Positions 42,307-53,739 of a stretch of DNA of 64,000 bases are shown here, piece after piece (the first letter of the stretch is position 1; each line of letters opens with the position of its first letter). Source of the DNA: Mayamaea pseudoterrestris. Lineage: Eukaryota. The notes below the pieces were generated by a model. It ran no database searches. It saw only the letters and a list, made by a program, of their open reading frames with translations, and was not told where the DNA came from. The stretch is taken from contig BROI01000005.1 in NCBI GenBank assembly GCA_027923505.1, positions 992,001 to 1,056,000 of the forward strand, written 5' to 3'. The translations under genes and the position numbers were made by a program.

Positions 42307-43377
42307 ATGACCACTGAGCCGCGCGAAAATGAGACTGATGACTACATTAAAATTGCACCATCCATTTTGGAATCGAAGTTGTTAATTTCAACGCCACCAT
42401 CACCTCGATCGCTCCGCGTTTGCTGCTACGGATCGTCCAGCAGCCAAACGCCCGAGCTCTACCTACAGGAAGCTCGACACGTTGGCTACTTACTGGCCAA
42501 ACGAGGACATGTATGTGTAAATGGCGCGGGGCAGTTTGGCTGCATGGCGGCGCTGAATGATGGAGCCTCCAAGGGTAATGGCCATATTGTCGGAGTCATT
42601 CACGAAATGTTTCTACTCGATCAAGGCGAAGACGGAGGCAACAGTTCTTGGACGACTAATTATTATGTTCCTGCTAGAGACGGTGGCGCGCATGGAGTTT
42701 TCGCCAACACAAAAAGCAAGAGCAAGAATGGCGCGTCACCCTTGAACGTCACAACAGACGGCCCAATTCGCGAAATGCTCGTCGCTGGAGGCAAGGATTT
42801 GCAGGAGCGCAAGCGACTGTTGATGGAAGGAGCAGATGCACTGCTAGTATTGCCGGGAGGACCAGGAACGTGGGACGAATTATGGGAGGCTGCATGTGCA
42901 CGAGGAATTGGCCTGACAGACATTCCCATTGTCGTCGTCAATCCTAACGGCTACTATGACCCGTTTTGGCAAATGATGGAGCGCGCCTACAATGAAGGAC
43001 TAACGAAATTGACACCAGACGAACTAATTCATTTCGAGACTTCCGCCGAGGGTGCAATCCAATGGATCGAAACACATCATTTGGGTGAGCATTATGCGGA
43101 CGGGGCACTGTCGCCGCACGCGTCGAGGACTGTGATCCGCAAGTCATCCATGATGACCATTCCACCGCTGGGACAGGATGACTCGTGGCTTTTTGGGTCA
43201 TTGCAAAGGTCTTTATCGAGATTGATGAGTCGCACAGATGACAAGGGCGGACTCTTGACGGTGGTCGACGAGGGTGCCAAATCCATTGGTAATTCCATCT
43301 TGTGTTTTGCTGTCGGCGTTGCCGCAGGAGCCATGGGATACAGCTTGGCCCTGCACCACTACAATAGAAAATTATAG
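42307..43377 (+). CDS. LOG/lysine-decarboxylase-like nucleotide phosphoribohydrolase with C-terminal hydrophobic tail
   Basis: VCCYGSS, GCMAA, ERKRLL, PGGPGTWDE, NGYYD. Confidence 0.85.
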   Translation: MTTEPRENETDDYIKIAPSILESKLLISTPPSPRSLRVCCYGSSSSQTPELYLQEARHVGYLLAKRGHVCVNGAGQFGCMAALNDGASKGNGHIVGVIHEMFLLDQGEDGGNSSWTTNYYVPARDGGAHGVFANTKSKSKNGASPLNVTTDGPIREMLVAGGKDLQERKRLLMEGADALLVLPGGPGTWDELWEAACARGIGLTDIPIVVVNPNGYYDPFWQMMERAYNEGLTKLTPDELIHFETSAEGAIQWIETHHLGEHYADGALSPHASRTVIRKSSMMTIPPLGQDDSWLFGSLQRSLSRLMSRTDDKGGLLTVVDEGAKSIGNSILCFAVGVAAGAMGYSLALHHYNRKL

Positions 43378-43532
43378 AGTTTCGTGACGTAAATTATGTT
43401 ACTTGTAACATTTGAGGTATGTTTGGCGGAAACCCTGCATGATCGAATCCATTATTTTATATTCAGCGGGAAAGGAGGTGGCGTGTGCTCTATGGTCTGA
43501 TACATGAATCGAATAAGATAATCGTCAAATGT

Positions 43533-44505
43533 TTAAGGAAGCAGCTTGGATTGCATATTCTCGTGCTGTATTGGCATTTGTTGTACAAGCCGAGGACGAA
43601 TCATGGCCTTGCCTAGGATTTTTTTAGCGCTAAACCGATCAAATCCCTTGGAAAAAATCGTCCCTTCCTGCCCAACGAGTACCTGATTACCCATGGGAAC
43701 AACTCCGTCACTGTCTGGAACCCACTGATACCAGCGCCATCCAGTCAAGTCCATCTTTTCAAACGCTTCGGCCGCGTCACGATACAACATGGCTTTCTTT
43801 AGAAGATTGTTCGTCGCCTGCATCTCGGACAAAAAGCGATCCTTTTCCACGACAAGTTCATCACGTCGCTCAAAGGCTTCCGCCTTTTTTACTTGTGCCG
43901 AATCAAGTAGTTCCTGCGTCCAAATAGGAAAGGAAAGATACAGGCGACCGGGATGAAGTTGAGCCGTCTGGTCGTTACGTGTGACCTATTCCAGTCACAA
44001 AGAGGATAGAATCATGAGCACTCGTTTCTCGCAAAATGAAATTGACTCTTGTAATTTCACCTACCTTGCAAGGATTGTCAAAGCCAATAATGAGAAGACC
44101 TTGTCGATCATCCACTTTCCAAATCATTTCCCAGGCCGCCTTGTGTTCCAGATGAACCTCCTCCTTGCCCTTCATACCGATATAGTAGGGCAACTGCGTG
44201 AAGTGCACCTCTCGTTTCCCAGATGACGTCTGAGGATGCGGTCCATCAGCACCTGGCATGCAAACTGACGACTTGGGTGCCTTCGTTTGAAGACACTCCA
44301 ATGTCAAGCCGTCCAGCAAAAGGTGATTCTCATGTTGGCTTCCAATCTCGAGACGAATGCTCAACTCCGTGTCAGTCTGCGTCTTGGCAAGTTCCTGCAA
44401 GGCTGGTAGCGCAGTAAATGCGTTGAAGATAAACGCTTGCGTGCGATCGGCAATGGAAAGTAATAGCAGCAGGAATAAGGATGAGATGCGTAAGTTTAAC
44501 GTCAT
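43533..44505 (-). CDS. Hypothetical protein, probably plastid targeted, 2 exons (intron 44064-43986)
   Basis: Signal peptide ending TQA-F; a 79-nt GTAGGT..AATAG intron joins the two ORFs in frame (NPCK|VTRND). Confidence 0.65.
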
Positions 44506-44915
44506 GGTCGTGGCGATAACCAGGATAAATTGAATGAAAACAGGAAATCGATGTGGCAATTTTAGGTCTCGAGTGAGCAATCAGGTAATGATAATGCCAT
44601 CAACGTATTACAACATATACAAGTAAGGCAACTGACAGTGACAACACCTTCACTTTGATGTGGCCTTCTGCTGCGCGTGGTTCTCATTGTCATTCTGTTG
44701 TTCCTTCGCTGGAATCAAACCGAATTCTGATTGGTCGGCAGATTGACATGTTGATGATGTCGCACCTCGCGCCCGCCAGCTAGTAGGCTAGCTATTGTAC
44801 AAGCACGTTATCGCTGGTTTGGAAGAGTAAACAAGCCGATGTGTTGTAACAGTCTAAAAATAAGTGTAAATTTGCAACGCTCATTGTTTTGTTAGATTGC
44901 TCACCCGCTCTTGAC

Positions 44916-47099
44916 TCAGCCGCCATTTGACTCCTTCATATGCCGACCCGATAAAAAAGCGTCCAACAATGTTTTTCTTTGGCGCTTGTGTGCTGTCGAA
45001 GCATCACCTGCAGCGCCGGCATCTCTAACAGCTTGACGAACACTCTCGCCATTCAAACAGAAATCAATGTGCCGATTCAGCGCTTCGTTCTCCGTGACGG
45101 CGAACGCTTTTTCGCACAAAGGACATAGCACACTGACATCTTTGCCAACAACAGCTGACTTTTGTGCACGAAGCGTATTGCTCTCAGCACTCTTCTCCAG
45201 TCCCCCTTTTAGTCGATTTACATTATCATTCTGAAGGAAGCAAGCAACGATATTCATTTGCTTCCGTTCATGCGCCAGGACACGTGTGACGCTGGACCTA
45301 CAAGTACCGGTATGCAACCCACTTTCAATACCGTCGGTAGGGATTGGTGAAGAACAGCGAGATGGTACCGATATATCCGAATGAGGCGACATCTGAAAGA
45401 AAGATTGAATGCTTAATCCGGCGGTATTGAATCGCTTCTCATCGTCCGTCAAGAGGGAAGTACAACGAATTCCCAGCAATCGCACCGAAAATGTCTTGCC
45501 CGTATGGTTCCTCCTAATTTCATGCAGCAATTCACTTGCGTACTGATTAATGTCTTCACTTTCCCGGAGAAAAACGCCAACTGGTAGAGTCTTTGAACGA
45601 CTTAAACAATCAAACGTGTGTAGCTTGACCTTAATGCAAATGTTGCGTGCCCAAAGATTTTTGCGCGTCATATCAGCCGAAAGCAAGCGGCCAATGTCAT
45701 GTAACCAAGCAATCACATCATCCCAGGGTTTTCCGGCGCGAAAGGTCCGCTCTCGGCTGATTCCCTTCTGACAAGGGCTATCCTCGTCCTCGCTAATAGC
45801 CTTTTCATCCGACGACGAGCATCCAATGGACGCGTGCAACAAGCTAGAGGCAGATGCCGACTGAAACAGCAAGCGAACCAGCGCACGCTGTTCGTAGAGC
45901 TCGGCTATAGTGGTAATTCCAAATGCATGCAATATCTTGTCAGTGACGCGTCCTATGCCTCCCACTTTGCGCGGCGGCAACGGATGCAAAAAGGACTTGA
46001 CCTCTTCTTCGCCGCTTCCGATAATAAGTTGACCATCTGGCTTGTTTCGATCGCTAGCAATCTTTGCTAGCATAAAGTTTGGAGCTGCTCCTGCCGAGCA
46101 CGTCAAACCACCCGTCGCTTCCCTGACGCGATTTCGCATATCCCTGATTACACCCGCGATTACTTCCCTACACCTCGAGTCCGGAAACTGGAGCAGTTGC
46201 TCATAACCATAGTTTGTTGGCACATAGTCACCGCCTTCGTCATCGTCGTCCAGTTCCACCTGCGACAGGTCGGCGAGCATGAGCGCATCACGAATTCGCT
46301 CATGGTCCCAATCGTGAATGAGTTTGCAAGCCAGGTAAGGCGCCAGATCTAGATATACTTCATCCAAGCTGTAAGCACGCAAGCCTGGATCATACTCTGC
46401 CAAGACTTTACGAACAAGCATAGACTTGGCAGTGTATAGATCAAAGTTTAACGGAACATGTACCAGTCGCTCTTGCCCACCCGATAATTCTTCAACAAGT
46501 TTATCTCCAATCCAGCCTGCCATGGCGGAGCGCACTCCATACTTGCGAGCCACATAGTTGGATGTGGTAATCATGTTGCCTCCCACGCAGGCTGGTTGAT
46601 TTTTGAGTTCGGGTCGGGCGAGCAACTCACAAGCCATGTAGAACATGTCCATGTCAACGACGACGGAGCAGCTGCGCTCAGGTCGCTTGGCGATTATGTC
46701 GTGGAACTCATAGTCGATTTCTCTTTCCATTTTGCTTTTCCAGTCAGGATCATTCTTCGTTTCGTTTGAGAGCTTTTTCTGTAGTTGTTGAATGCGCTCG
46801 TCTACCTTGACATCACGCCGTCGCTGCTGCTGCATAAAGAGCGAATCTCCCGATTCCCGAAGTATGATGGCATCTATTCTTGTTCTATCTATTCCTTCCA
46901 TTCCAGCTTTATCGCATGCTGAAATGACCAAGGCAGCTGCGGATGGTGCTGCTGGTGGTGCATGCGCTTCTGGTTGTTTGCGGAAGGAGGATGGAAGCGG
47001 TGGAGCTGCATCTGCAATTTTTTCAGTAGGCGAAATTCTGTTTACTGATGCAGCCTTCTGCTTCTTTGCATATGGATTTTCAATCAAGATAGATGGCAT
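44916..47099 (-). CDS. POLK: Y-family DNA polymerase kappa
   Basis: DKAGMEG N-clasp, VVDMDMFY, TSNYVARKYGVRSAM, SLDEVYLD, LAKIASDRNKPDGQ, UBZ CPLC...HIDFCL. Confidence 0.92.
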   Translation of the reverse strand: MPSILIENPYAKKQKAASVNRISPTEKIADAAPPLPSSFRKQPEAHAPPAAPSAAALVISACDKAGMEGIDRTRIDAIILRESGDSLFMQQQRRRDVKVDERIQQLQKKLSNETKNDPDWKSKMEREIDYEFHDIIAKRPERSCSVVVDMDMFYMACELLARPELKNQPACVGGNMITTSNYVARKYGVRSAMAGWIGDKLVEELSGGQERLVHVPLNFDLYTAKSMLVRKVLAEYDPGLRAYSLDEVYLDLAPYLACKLIHDWDHERIRDALMLADLSQVELDDDDEGGDYVPTNYGYEQLLQFPDSRCREVIAGVIRDMRNRVREATGGLTCSAGAAPNFMLAKIASDRNKPDGQLIIGSGEEEVKSFLHPLPPRKVGGIGRVTDKILHAFGITTIAELYEQRALVRLLFQSASASSLLHASIGCSSSDEKAISEDEDSPCQKGISRERTFRAGKPWDDVIAWLHDIGRLLSADMTRKNLWARNICIKVKLHTFDCLSRSKTLPVGVFLRESEDINQYASELLHEIRRNHTGKTFSVRLLGIRCTSLLTDDEKRFNTAGLSIQSFFQMSPHSDISVPSRCSSPIPTDGIESGLHTGTCRSSVTRVLAHERKQMNIVACFLQNDNVNRLKGGLEKSAESNTLRAQKSAVVGKDVSVLCPLCEKAFAVTENEALNRHIDFCLNGESVRQAVRDAGAAGDASTAHKRQRKTLLDAFLSGRHMKESNGG

Positions 47100-47345
47100 G
47101 ATGGTGAAGAAGTGTTGGTGATGCGTGCTCGACCAAAGTGAAATGCATCATGTTTTTCGAGCGAATAGGCTTGTCGCATGTGACATGAACTACCATCATC
47201 TGATGCCGTGCCACTCGATCACATTAATCTTTCGTGCTAATGATACACAACAGACCATTACACAATAAGTGTAAATGAGACTTAATACATCATTTACTAT
47301 CATTAGTACTCTTAAATTAATCATGTGAATCTCAAATGGTCGGAA

Positions 47346-47825
47346 CTAATTCGATGTCGTTGCAGCAGCAGCAGCGTCGCCGCTCGCACTCGAGCCACCA
47401 GCGCCGATGTACGATGAAATATCGATTCCTGTCTTCTGCTTGACCACCTTGGCAATTTCTGGCAAATACTTCATAATCTCCTTCTCGTTGACGCCCTTGG
47501 CCTTCAAGAAAGCGAGGAGCTCCGGAATAGAGTTGACTGATCCACCATCTTGCTGGAATTTTGTCATGAGACTGCTAGCCATTCCCATGAAACCTCCACC
47601 GCCGCCACTGTTTCCGTCACCGTCACCACTACCTTCATTTCCAGTCGCTCTCGCAGCTTCTGTATCTTGTACCAAGTCGGAAGCACCTGGAATCTTGTCG
47701 ACAATCATTTGGTATTGCTCCTCGCTAGTCTTGGACTTGATGAAGGACAGAAAACCACCAAGTGTAGACTTGGCATCCTTCTCCGACACGCCAACTTCGT
47801 TGGCTTTCTTGAGTAATGCGTTCAT
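47346..47825 (-). CDS. Small Gly-rich helical hypothetical protein (DUF2780/DUF2267-like)
   Basis: EVGVSEKDAKSTLGGFLSFIKS...KIPGASDL pattern and GGGGFMGMASSL; family assignment from memory only. Confidence 0.5.
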   Translation of the reverse strand: MNALLKKANEVGVSEKDAKSTLGGFLSFIKSKTSEEQYQMIVDKIPGASDLVQDTEAARATGNEGSGDGDGNSGGGGGFMGMASSLMTKFQQDGGSVNSIPELLAFLKAKGVNEKEIMKYLPEIAKVVKQKTGIDISSYIGAGGSSASGDAAAAATTSN

Positions 47826-48440
47826 GGATGAATTGAATTTGTTAATAACAAGTAGGAGATGGCAGTGGCAAGACTCGGAAACGATTGGTAACGAAAGGAT
47901 CCCAAAGATCGCGCAGAAACGTGGCAAGATGTCGGTACGGTACTAAAATCATCGCAGCGGTTCTCGCTTGGGCCAGTTAGTGTGCTTTGTTTGACGACAC
48001 AACATCACCTAGATGGAAAGGAACGTCGAAGCTGTTTGCTTGCTATGTATGTTCGTACTTATAGCTGCATGCTCATTGCTCATACCTTCATCATACATCT
48101 GCGCGGTGTGTAACTTGCCATTAACACTAATCAAGCAGGCCTTTGAGCTCTGCATATCGGTAAGTGCGACACGTTCGATTCTTCACATCATTGCTTTTTC
48201 CGTCCTTTGTAGTTTGAGTAAACGAATGTCGAATTATCGAGGTATTTACGACTACAGCACGGCAAGACTTATAGTACCGGTCAAAGTATCGGCTATGCAC
48301 TAAAGATTTTTAGATAGAACAGGTATCAAACCAAACCTGATGGTATAACGAAAACACGACTTTCGCGGATGAATGACAAAATAGTTGCTCTCAGCTACGG
48401 TCGAACGTAAAGCCAACAAGAATTATACAAACCACACAAC

Positions 48441-51400
48441 CTAAATGAGTGTCGGCTCGAGCCACTTACTGCACAGAGCTTGAGAGGAAGTAAGGCGACG
48501 TTTTGGGTTCACTTGGAGCAAGCTACTGATCAAATCTTTTGCTTCGTCTGAGACATCTAGCCAGACTTCATCATCCTCAAAGTCGTATCGTCCTTGCAAT
48601 ATTGCCCGCTCTATATCCATAGGATCGCCTGTAAGAGTATAGAATGGATGGGTTGCACTCAACATGTAGTAAAGGCAGACACCTGCGCTCCACAAATCGC
48701 ATTCGACGTCATACGTCGGCTGGTGCACAACAACTTCAGGCGCGATATATACAATCTTGCAGAATACAGTCTCGAGAGCATTTGGGTATGAAACATGTTT
48801 TGCGCCTGAAAAATCAGTAATCTTAAGGTACGCATGATTCTCCATTAAGACACACTTGACACTGCGACTCGTGAGGTTGCGAATTGCTGACAGTGCTCGA
48901 TGCCACTAAAAAGGGTGGCCATACCTTCTTTAGCAAGTATCTCAGAAAAATATCCGCCCTCCATTGACTGCATTCGGCGATACAAAGAGGCAGAATCATC
49001 AGCGCAAAGTGGCTCCAAGACGATGCTGAGGTACGTAGAATCTTCATAATCGCCGAATATTTTGCCCACAAATCGAGAAGACAAGCCGACTGAAATCTTT
49101 TTCAAGGCCTCAATCTCGTCTCGCGCACCATTTGCATCGATAGCGCTAAGATCGGCGCGCTTGAATTGCTTGACGGCAAACGACTCGCCATCCTGTAAGC
49201 GTGTGCACTCACGCCAAACACGGGGCTTTGGGTCCTTAGTCAAAATCACCGAACCAAGCCCCAAAAAAATCCTCGACACGCAACAGTTTCAATGCAGCTC
49301 TCTCGGCAGCGGCTCTCGTAACCCTTTGCATTGTCGAACCTTGAGCTTGTACTTCTCCACCATCTAATCTGACAGTGTCTTGGATAATTTTCAAGGCACG
49401 AACCAAATCATGCTTCACCAAGTCCTTCTCATTTCTGATTTATGCACAAGTCGAACCCTGCTTTGCCGACCAGCGGAGCGGGTATTAGGGTCCTTTTCGA
49501 AAAAACCTCGAATCATGGCTTGGCAAGGCGGTGAGACGGTGCAGTCGTCAGGGAACTCAACCTCTTTCGTCAAAATGGCCGTCGTCAGTCGGCCTGATTT
49601 GTCGTCCGTATCCTCGCGATTGTATGGGAAGATAAATTCGCCAAAGACTATTCTACAGATGACGATACCAAGACTCCAAACGTCGGCACGATAGTCGTAT
49701 CCGGGCGTCAGGATTCTCGCGTCGGCAAACTTCCTGTAATATAGATCGGTGTGAGATATATTGCCTTCGCTTTTACAAACTGTCAGATTCAACATGCGGA
49801 TAGAGTGCTTACCGGAGCCATATAGGGTCTTGTTCCGCATCAAGTACGAAAACAATTCTTTTCCGGCGCAATCTTAGACGACCCAAAGTCTACGAACTTG
49901 ACGACATCGTTTTTGTCAACGAGAATCTGGGGGCAGCAGGATCACGAGCAATGATGAGGTTGATACGAGTAATGCGCTGCAACATCATTTCGAAAGGCTT
50001 ACATTCTCGCCCTTGACGTCGCGATGAGCCACGAACTTGCAATGCATGAAATGTAATCCTTCAATCAGTCCCTTGCAATATCGTCTGGCCTCGCGTTCCG
50101 TAAAGCGCTTAGCTTCTGCAATGCGCTCGAACAAATTACAAAACATCAGTTCCATGATGATAAATGTCCTGTCAGATTCTTCATACACGTCAAAAATACG
50201 AACGATGTGCAGTCCGTTCTGGAGTAAACGCAACATCTGAATCTCATAATCCAGAGCAATCAAGTAGTATGGACTGCGGGCTTTCAAAACCGTTGTGTTA
50301 GCTTCCTTAATGGCATACTTTACTCCCGTCTTCCTGTGTATACCTTTATGAACTGTTCCAAAGCTGCCCATGCCAAGCACTTCTTCGAAGGAGTAGACCT
50401 CATGGCATGACATCTTGCGAAGCTCGCCCTGTTCGATACGAAGACGAGGAAGCTGACATTGAATAGTTTCCTCCATGTCTTTAATAGAAACAACTTTGTT
50501 TAAGCTCATTTCCATTAGCGTCTCCTGGTGGCGGACGACACTGAAAGTGCTTGTCCCAAATGCAACGTCATCTTGGCAAATCCACGCGTGCCGGAGCGCC
50601 TCGGCCGCGCTAAACCGACCTGTCGGATTAGAAACGAAGAGATTGATGATCAAATCTCTGACCAGATCCGATGCCATTTCCTGACACGTTGAATCAAAGT
50701 AGTATTTCGCCGGTATATAATATGTTCTTGAACACATTGTCGTCGACACGGTAGCCAAAAGGCATGCGCCTGGAGAGCATGAAGTAAAGAGCGCCGCCAA
50801 GACCCCAAAGGTCGCATTTGGTGTCGTAGGCGCGGCAACGAGCCAACACTTCCGGTGCGGCAAAGTAGGGGGAGCCACATAGTGTCTGACATTCGTTGTC
50901 CGTCTTGACAAAATTAGCGCAACCGAATCCGCTAATTTTGACTTCCGCGACATTAGTGGCGTCGGCAAGAATTATGTATATGGTTTCCAGCCGCAAGTCT
51001 CTGTGTGCAAATTTACTTTGTATCGAAAGGAGAGACATAGACGGTGAGAAATCAATCCACGAGGAGGTGCCACCGTGCCGCCGCAATTAACTCCACTTCA
51101 CTCACCAGACGTCATGAAGATGCTGCAAACCTTTCGCTACACCCTGAGTGATGTCTCGTGCCAGCTTCTCCGAAAAAGTTGTAGTATTTCGAAAGAATGT
51201 GGCGAGGTTTCCGCTTGGCATAAAGGGAGTGACAAAGTAGTAGTGCTCAGCATCCTTACAAACGGTGTAAAGCTGCAAGATATCCGATTGCTCGCTTTCA
51301 TCATGGAGCGCCTGTCAAAGCGCATCAAATGACGTGAGTCGGGAGTTTTGAAAAATTTGTACCATACCATCCATTAACTTACCGTAGTTAAAATCTTGAT

Positions 51401-51649
51401 TTCGCGATCTAATGCCTTTTTGGCGGCTGCCCTTTCCTTGCCGTCGGCCAGCTCACTCAAGTTTGTGCACTTGACTGCGACCGCTTAATCTTCGTCCCTT
51501 GTTTTGGCGAAATAGATTTCGCCAAATGCCCCTTCGTGTAAAACCTTTTCATAGTTTATTTTAATGTCCTTTCTCAAAGCATCTTTTGCGTCGTCCGTGG
51601 CGATGACTTCCACTCCTTGCAAATCGTCGCTCTTTCTCTTCTTCGCCAT
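48441..51649 (-). pseudogene. Degenerate gene with three tandem CaMK-like Ser/Thr kinase domains
   Basis: Three sets of kinase motifs (GAFG/VAVK/HRDL/APE; GMGSFG/YAIK/HRDVK/DFG/APE; FAVK/ITDF/APE/DLWS). In-frame TAA at 51485-51487, TGA at 49840-49842, frameshifts near 50715, 49705 and 48870. Confidence 0.8.
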
Positions 51650-52239
51650 TTTGCTCCTGCTATCGAAAACTTCTGTTAAGTTACAAATGCCATAGCAAGG
51701 ATATGCGTGAGAATCCAGATGACGCACAATGAAGAACGATGACGTCAAAAACGCAGATGCGGCGATGAACGCATCGCAAAGCGGAGGACTGCTCACCTTT
51801 TACGCTTGATTGTTATATGATTGTTATGTAATGACAGGCGGCGCCAATATACAAAAGAAGAAAGCAGAGCGCTATACGTAAGTAGTATTGCGTATAATCT
51901 GTATATATACCTCCGTTACAAGTGATTGCAACAACAGGCGAGGTCTCATTGCGGACGACGACGAGCGACGCCATCCTCGCATCGGGTCAAAACCGGTGCG
52001 AATGCAGTTTTCCCTCACCTCCCGGGCTTTTGTTAATCGATACGTCGGTTCGGTACTAAAGTTCGTTTTTCATCGCTTGCGCGACCTTGGCATCTCATCC
52101 ATCCAAACACCCATGAATTGGCTCCATCTGCAAGACAATTAAAAAGAGTCCTCTATTATACTACACATATTTTATTCATTCACGTTTAAATAATCGTGCG
52201 ACACAATGAAAATTGACAGTGAACAGTGAACAGTGGACC

Positions 52240-53463
52240 ATGAGCGAGCCAATGCAACCAACGCAAAACATGTCAGCTTCTGATGACATTCCTCTCGCAC
52301 ACTTACCGCTGCGTCCTTCAACACTTCAGACCTTTGAAAAGCGAGGATTCGTTTCATGGAGGGAAGTCCACGATGCCAAGCAGGGAGGAATGCCTTCGCT
52401 CGCTGAGGAACTTCAAGTCTCCGTTTCCGATGCAGCGAGCTTGGTTCGAGAGATTCAAAACTGCTTAGAAACCGATTCGAAGGATCGGGTTACAGATGAG
52501 TCATCTGCCATTCGAATTGGAGTATCAGCTGCTGAACTCTTGCAGGGTTTCGATAAGAATAGTGTCTCATCCATCATTACATTTTGCCGTGCAGTCGATC
52601 AAATGCTTGGCGGCGGCATTGGTCTTGGAGAAATGACAGAAGTGTCCGGTCTTCCTGGCACAGGGAAAACACAATGGGGCATGCAACTTGCGGTCGATGC
52701 GCGTTTACCAGTCGACTTTGGTGGTGTGCAGGGCGAAACAATCTACATAGACGCCGAAGGAAGCTTCGCTCCGGAACGATGCTTAATGATGGCATCATCG
52801 CTTGTCAAACACTTGTCATCCGGATTGCGAAAACGCAATCGACATGCGACGAACTTGCCTCATTGGTTCACGTCGGACGAAATACTTGGTGGCATCCATG
52901 TGTTTCGCGTGCATGACGAGGCCACGCAGACAGCTGTCATTTACTCCTTGCCGCATTTTATTCAAAAACAGTTGGAAGAATCTACAAAAGACAATACGCA
53001 CAAGCGAGCACCTATCAAATTGATTGTCATTGATAGCATGGCTTTTCATCATCGCGCGTCTGGGCCCGCGACTGACTACATTCAGCGAACTCAGTCATTG
53101 ATGCGGCAAGTTTCTCTCCTTGCGAGCTTGGCTTTCCAGCATAATTTAGCTGTTCTTGTCATTAACCAGATGACGACCAAAGTTCTCAGCAACAACGCTA
53201 TTTCTGCCTCGACTGATGAGTCGTCGCGAAGTGTCCCAGCATTGGGCGAGTCGTGGGCGCATGCCGTATCCACTCGCTTACTTCTCCAAGGAAATGGTTC
53301 CGGTCCGCGAACTTGCCGCATTTTGAAGTCGCCCCGATTGCCCAATGCTTCTGCCGAGTATCGTGTCGTTGACGCAGGTGTTCGCGCTGCTGATTATGTG
53401 GAAAAGCAGCCGCAGCAGCAACGTGATAAGGGAGTCCAATCGAAGCGAGCCAAAGTGACTTGA
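52240..53463 (+). CDS. RAD51C: RAD51 paralog, RAD51C-like
   Basis: IITFCRAVDQMLGGG, GLPGTGKTQ Walker A, LIVIDSMAFH, NQMTTK, PALGESWAH. Confidence 0.88.
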   Translation: MSEPMQPTQNMSASDDIPLAHLPLRPSTLQTFEKRGFVSWREVHDAKQGGMPSLAEELQVSVSDAASLVREIQNCLETDSKDRVTDESSAIRIGVSAAELLQGFDKNSVSSIITFCRAVDQMLGGGIGLGEMTEVSGLPGTGKTQWGMQLAVDARLPVDFGGVQGETIYIDAEGSFAPERCLMMASSLVKHLSSGLRKRNRHATNLPHWFTSDEILGGIHVFRVHDEATQTAVIYSLPHFIQKQLEESTKDNTHKRAPIKLIVIDSMAFHHRASGPATDYIQRTQSLMRQVSLLASLAFQHNLAVLVINQMTTKVLSNNAISASTDESSRSVPALGESWAHAVSTRLLLQGNGSGPRTCRILKSPRLPNASAEYRVVDAGVRAADYVEKQPQQQRDKGVQSKRAKVT

Positions 53464-53739
53464 TAAGGCAACCTATTCCTAGATAACATGTAAATCATTT
53501 TGATCTAGGTTCTTGTACGATACTGCAGTATTTTGGCATATATATGACGATGGATGAACTTTCAGCAAAAGTATAGTACGACGCGTCGCGGTTATAATAT
53601 GCTATGGCAGCTGATCCGGTGCTTGTGCGACAAGTCGTTTAGAGCCAACGATTTCATGAAACTTATCCGCTTCGACGATTGCGACAATCACATGTTCTGT
53701 TTGCCCCTTCATTAGTGTCTGTCGCTACACTGCATTAAT

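Noticed and set aside
49840..51487. Stop-codon readthrough or alternative genetic code in the kinase gene
   Set aside because: Both TAA and TGA occur along with frameshifts, and intact neighbouring genes use these codons as true stops.
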